Shown here piece after piece: positions 62,071-64,000 of a stretch of DNA of 64,000 nt. This DNA is from a virus. The position numbers and the translations under genes were made by a program. Where the stretch lies: the IMG/VR virus record IMGVR_UViG_3300014059_000004; one strand, 5' to 3'. The notes beneath the pieces were generated by a model. The model did not search any database and was not told the DNA's origin. It saw only the letters and a program-made list of their open reading frames with translations. Within the stretch, counting starts at the first letter, position 1. Every line of letters starts with the position of its first letter.

Positions 62071-63201
62071 ATGATGGAGCGGCGGAAAGGAAACGCCCCT
62101 CCCAGAAACCTCTCACAAGAAACCCAAAGGAATACACACACCATGTCGATGAAGAACCCCACCTCGCCCCGCCGCATCTACTCCACCCGCGGCACGATGG
62201 TTTTCCTCTTCAAGGGCAAGCGCTACTGCCCGGCCGGTGAGTCGGCCTTCGTCACCAAGGCGCCTTGCACTGTCGTCGAGGAGCACAAGGACGGAAGCCT
62301 CACGGTGAAGCAGCGCCTCCCGAAGAAGGCTGGCATCACGGAGGTCTGGGTCGAGTTCGCAGAGTTACCGAGGCAGTGTAAAGACGAGTTAGGACGAGTT
62401 AGAGTAAAAACACACGGCGAGGGGATGATCCCTCGCCAAGTGAGAGACATCTCTCACCAGAGAACGCGGAAACTTTCAAAGAGGAAAAAGGATATACACA
62501 TGAGCGAGAACACGAACGAGAACAAGGCGACCGAGGCTGCTTCCACGAGCGAGACGACGGACGTCGTCGATGCGGCGCTGAAGGCCGCGCTGGCACGGAA
62601 GGCTGCGAAGGCTGCGGGTGGAGCGAAGACGGCTGCTCCGAGTGCAAAGCCTGCGAAGGCGACCGACGCGGAGCGGGAGGCCAAGAAGGCTCAGATCGAG
62701 GCGGATCGGAAGGCCCGCAAGGAGGCGAAGGAGGCGGAGCGAGCGGAGAAGCTGGCTCTTGCACAGGCGAACCGGAAGCCGGCTCACATGTCCAAGGTCG
62801 AGAAGGCAGCGGAGCGTCTGCCGCGCCTCGAGGGCACGGCCGAGCATCTGTTCACCGATGCGACCGCGAATCTCAGCCGCGACCAGGTGACTGCTCTTGC
62901 ACTGCACCTCCAGCACTTCAACCGCGCTCAGGCCACCGAGCGTGCCCTCACGGCGAAGCTCGAGGTCGGTGCAAACGTCCGGATCACCGGTGGCGATCCT
63001 CGCTTCATCGGGCTGACGGGTGAGCTCTCCAAGGTCCAGCGCATCCGGTGCTATTGCACTGTTCCTGGCCTCGACCGCGACGTCTATCTCTTCACGAGCG
63101 ATGTCACGGTGATCGAGGAGGACTCGGAGTCGGAGACGGTCGAGAACACTGGTACGGATGGCTTAGAAATTGGAGAGCTAGTGAACGAAATCGCTTGTTA
63201 G
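62071..63201 (+). CDS. hypothetical protein with central Ala/Lys-rich low-complexity (histone-H1-like) segment; possible internal restart at 62503
   Basis: ATG at motif-defined position; KAAAKAAGGAKTAAPSAKPAKATDAEREAKKAQIEADRKARKEAKEAERAEK. Confidence 0.5.
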   Translation: MMERRKGNAPPRNLSQETQRNTHTMSMKNPTSPRRIYSTRGTMVFLFKGKRYCPAGESAFVTKAPCTVVEEHKDGSLTVKQRLPKKAGITEVWVEFAELPRQCKDELGRVRVKTHGEGMIPRQVRDISHQRTRKLSKRKKDIHMSENTNENKATEAASTSETTDVVDAALKAALARKAAKAAGGAKTAAPSAKPAKATDAEREAKKAQIEADRKARKEAKEAERAEKLALAQANRKPAHMSKVEKAAERLPRLEGTAEHLFTDATANLSRDQVTALALHLQHFNRAQATERALTAKLEVGANVRITGGDPRFIGLTGELSKVQRIRCYCTVPGLDRDVYLFTSDVTVIEEDSESETVENTGTDGLEIGELVNEIAC

Positions 63202-63847
63202 CTCTCCACCTAATTGCCTTCTCTCTTATAAGCGCCTTGGTTTTCTCAGTATGCCCAGCGTACTGATGATTATCAAGGCGCTTTTGTTTTTCTCTTTTCA
63301 CAGCTGCAAGTCGAATCCTTTCTCTTGTTTCTTCTGAGATTGGTTTTCGATTCTTCTGTGAACGTCTCATCTTCTCAAGCGTTGCAGCACTGTGTTTCCG
63401 ACCAGTCGACGATTCAATCATCTTTTTCTTGATTTCGTCAGTTGATTGTGCAATGCGGACACCTCGACTGATCTTTCTTTTTGTCTCTTCTGAAGTGACA
63501 TGTCCCATCTTTGCTTTGCTCACCTTTTCTGCGATGAAAGGATTGTGCATTGGACTAGTTTCACCTCCCAGAGTTAGATTAGCGCCCCACCAATCTGGTC
63601 CTCCATGTGCGTACGTTTTGTATTCTGTTATGAGACGTTGTTCATGTTGAAGAGCCTCGAGTTCATCATCAGTTTCAAATACAACTGATCGAAATTGCCC
63701 GTACTTTGCTGCAATTCGTGAATGAAATTCATTCCGTTCTAGCGAATTCACTCGCTTAAGATTACCTTTCCCAACGTAGTATGGTCTTTTTACATCTTCA
63801 TTAGTGTAGTCGACGTATACGCAGTAGCGACATGAAAGTTGAAACAT
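63104..63847 (-). CDS. GIY-YIG homing endonuclease (I-TevI-like with NUMOD3 repeats), free-standing
   Basis: YVDYTNEDVKRPYYVGKG...R...E core; ETKRKISRG / ETRERIRLAA repeats; AT-rich; 3' end overlaps upstream gene antisense by about 98 nt. Confidence 0.75.
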   Translation of the reverse strand: MFQLSCRYCVYVDYTNEDVKRPYYVGKGNLKRVNSLERNEFHSRIAAKYGQFRSVVFETDDELEALQHEQRLITEYKTYAHGGPDWWGANLTLGGETSPMHNPFIAEKVSKAKMGHVTSEETKRKISRGVRIAQSTDEIKKKMIESSTGRKHSAATLEKMRRSQKNRKPISEETRERIRLAAVKREKQKRLDNHQYAGHTEKTKALIREKAIRWRANKRFRSLALQFLSHPYQCSRPSPTPSPPRSP

Positions 63848-63876
63848 TGATTGAATTATACAACGTTTGATCGTTT

Positions 63877-63912
63877 GTGCAAAGTTGGCGGCGAAAAGGT
63901 TACAGTAAGATC
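63877..63912 (+). promoter_or_regulatory. promoter-like motif GTGCAAAG-N16-TACAGT-AAGATC-ATG
   Basis: Fourth instance. Confidence 0.55.
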
Positions 63913-64000
63913 ATGGCCCGAATCAACCAGAACGACACGAAGACGGTTGCGATGCTTCTCAGCGACGAGCTGAGCTCGATCCTCGAGGACGCCGCGGACG
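63913..64000 (+). CDS. 5' partial gene, paralog of 56976..57290 (MARINQNDTKTVAML...)
   Basis: Runs off window end; N-terminus shared with 56976 gene. Confidence 0.4.
   Translation, partial: MARINQNDTKTVAMLLSDELSSILEDAAD

Noticed and set aside
62399-62916. Several minus-strand ORFs (121, 146, 76 aa) inside the 62071-63201 gene
   Set aside because: Pro/Arg/Ser-rich mirror translations of the Ala/Lys-rich sense segment.

Overview
This window reads as a large double-stranded DNA phage genome segment with three parts. (1) Bases 1 to 23.9 kb hold a plus-strand block of tightly packed, translationally coupled genes (many ATGA start/stop overlaps) that encode an unusually complete DNA base-excision and repair kit. 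The kit comprises a minimal Pol-beta-like PolX, an Rnl2-like ligase, a FEN 5'-3' exonuclease, an MBD4-like HhH glycosylase, an Fpg/Nei glycosylase and the UV-damage endonuclease UvdE. The same block carries a Nudix hydrolase, an ADP-ribosylglycohydrolase, two AAA+ ATPases, a GroEL chaperonin, a GH24 lysozyme and a papain-like protease. An AT-rich GIY-YIG homing endonuclease is inserted into the 5' end of the FEN gene and leaves a duplicated gene fragment behind. (2) Bases 23.7 to 55 kb hold a remarkable minus-strand tandem array of about 94 divergent, mostly translationally coupled small ORFs (40-120 aa) of one paralogous family, each with an N-terminal x-G-D-L-V motif and a C-terminal LP(D/N)G...E(L/F)xx(L/I/V) motif. 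The array is interrupted by an island that encodes a full-length Major Vault Protein homolog (about 895 aa), several large unknown proteins, a translation initiation factor IF-1 homolog and long perfect palindromes. (3) Bases 55 to 64 kb hold a GC-richer replication/recombination-like module: a RecA-superfamily ATPase, a MoxR/CobS-like AAA+ ATPase, an HExxH peptidase and a second GIY-YIG homing endonuclease. Four of its genes are preceded by one conserved promoter motif that ends 6 nt before the ATG, which suggests leaderless transcripts. No rRNA gene or CRISPR array was seen. One tRNA-like 3' half is present.
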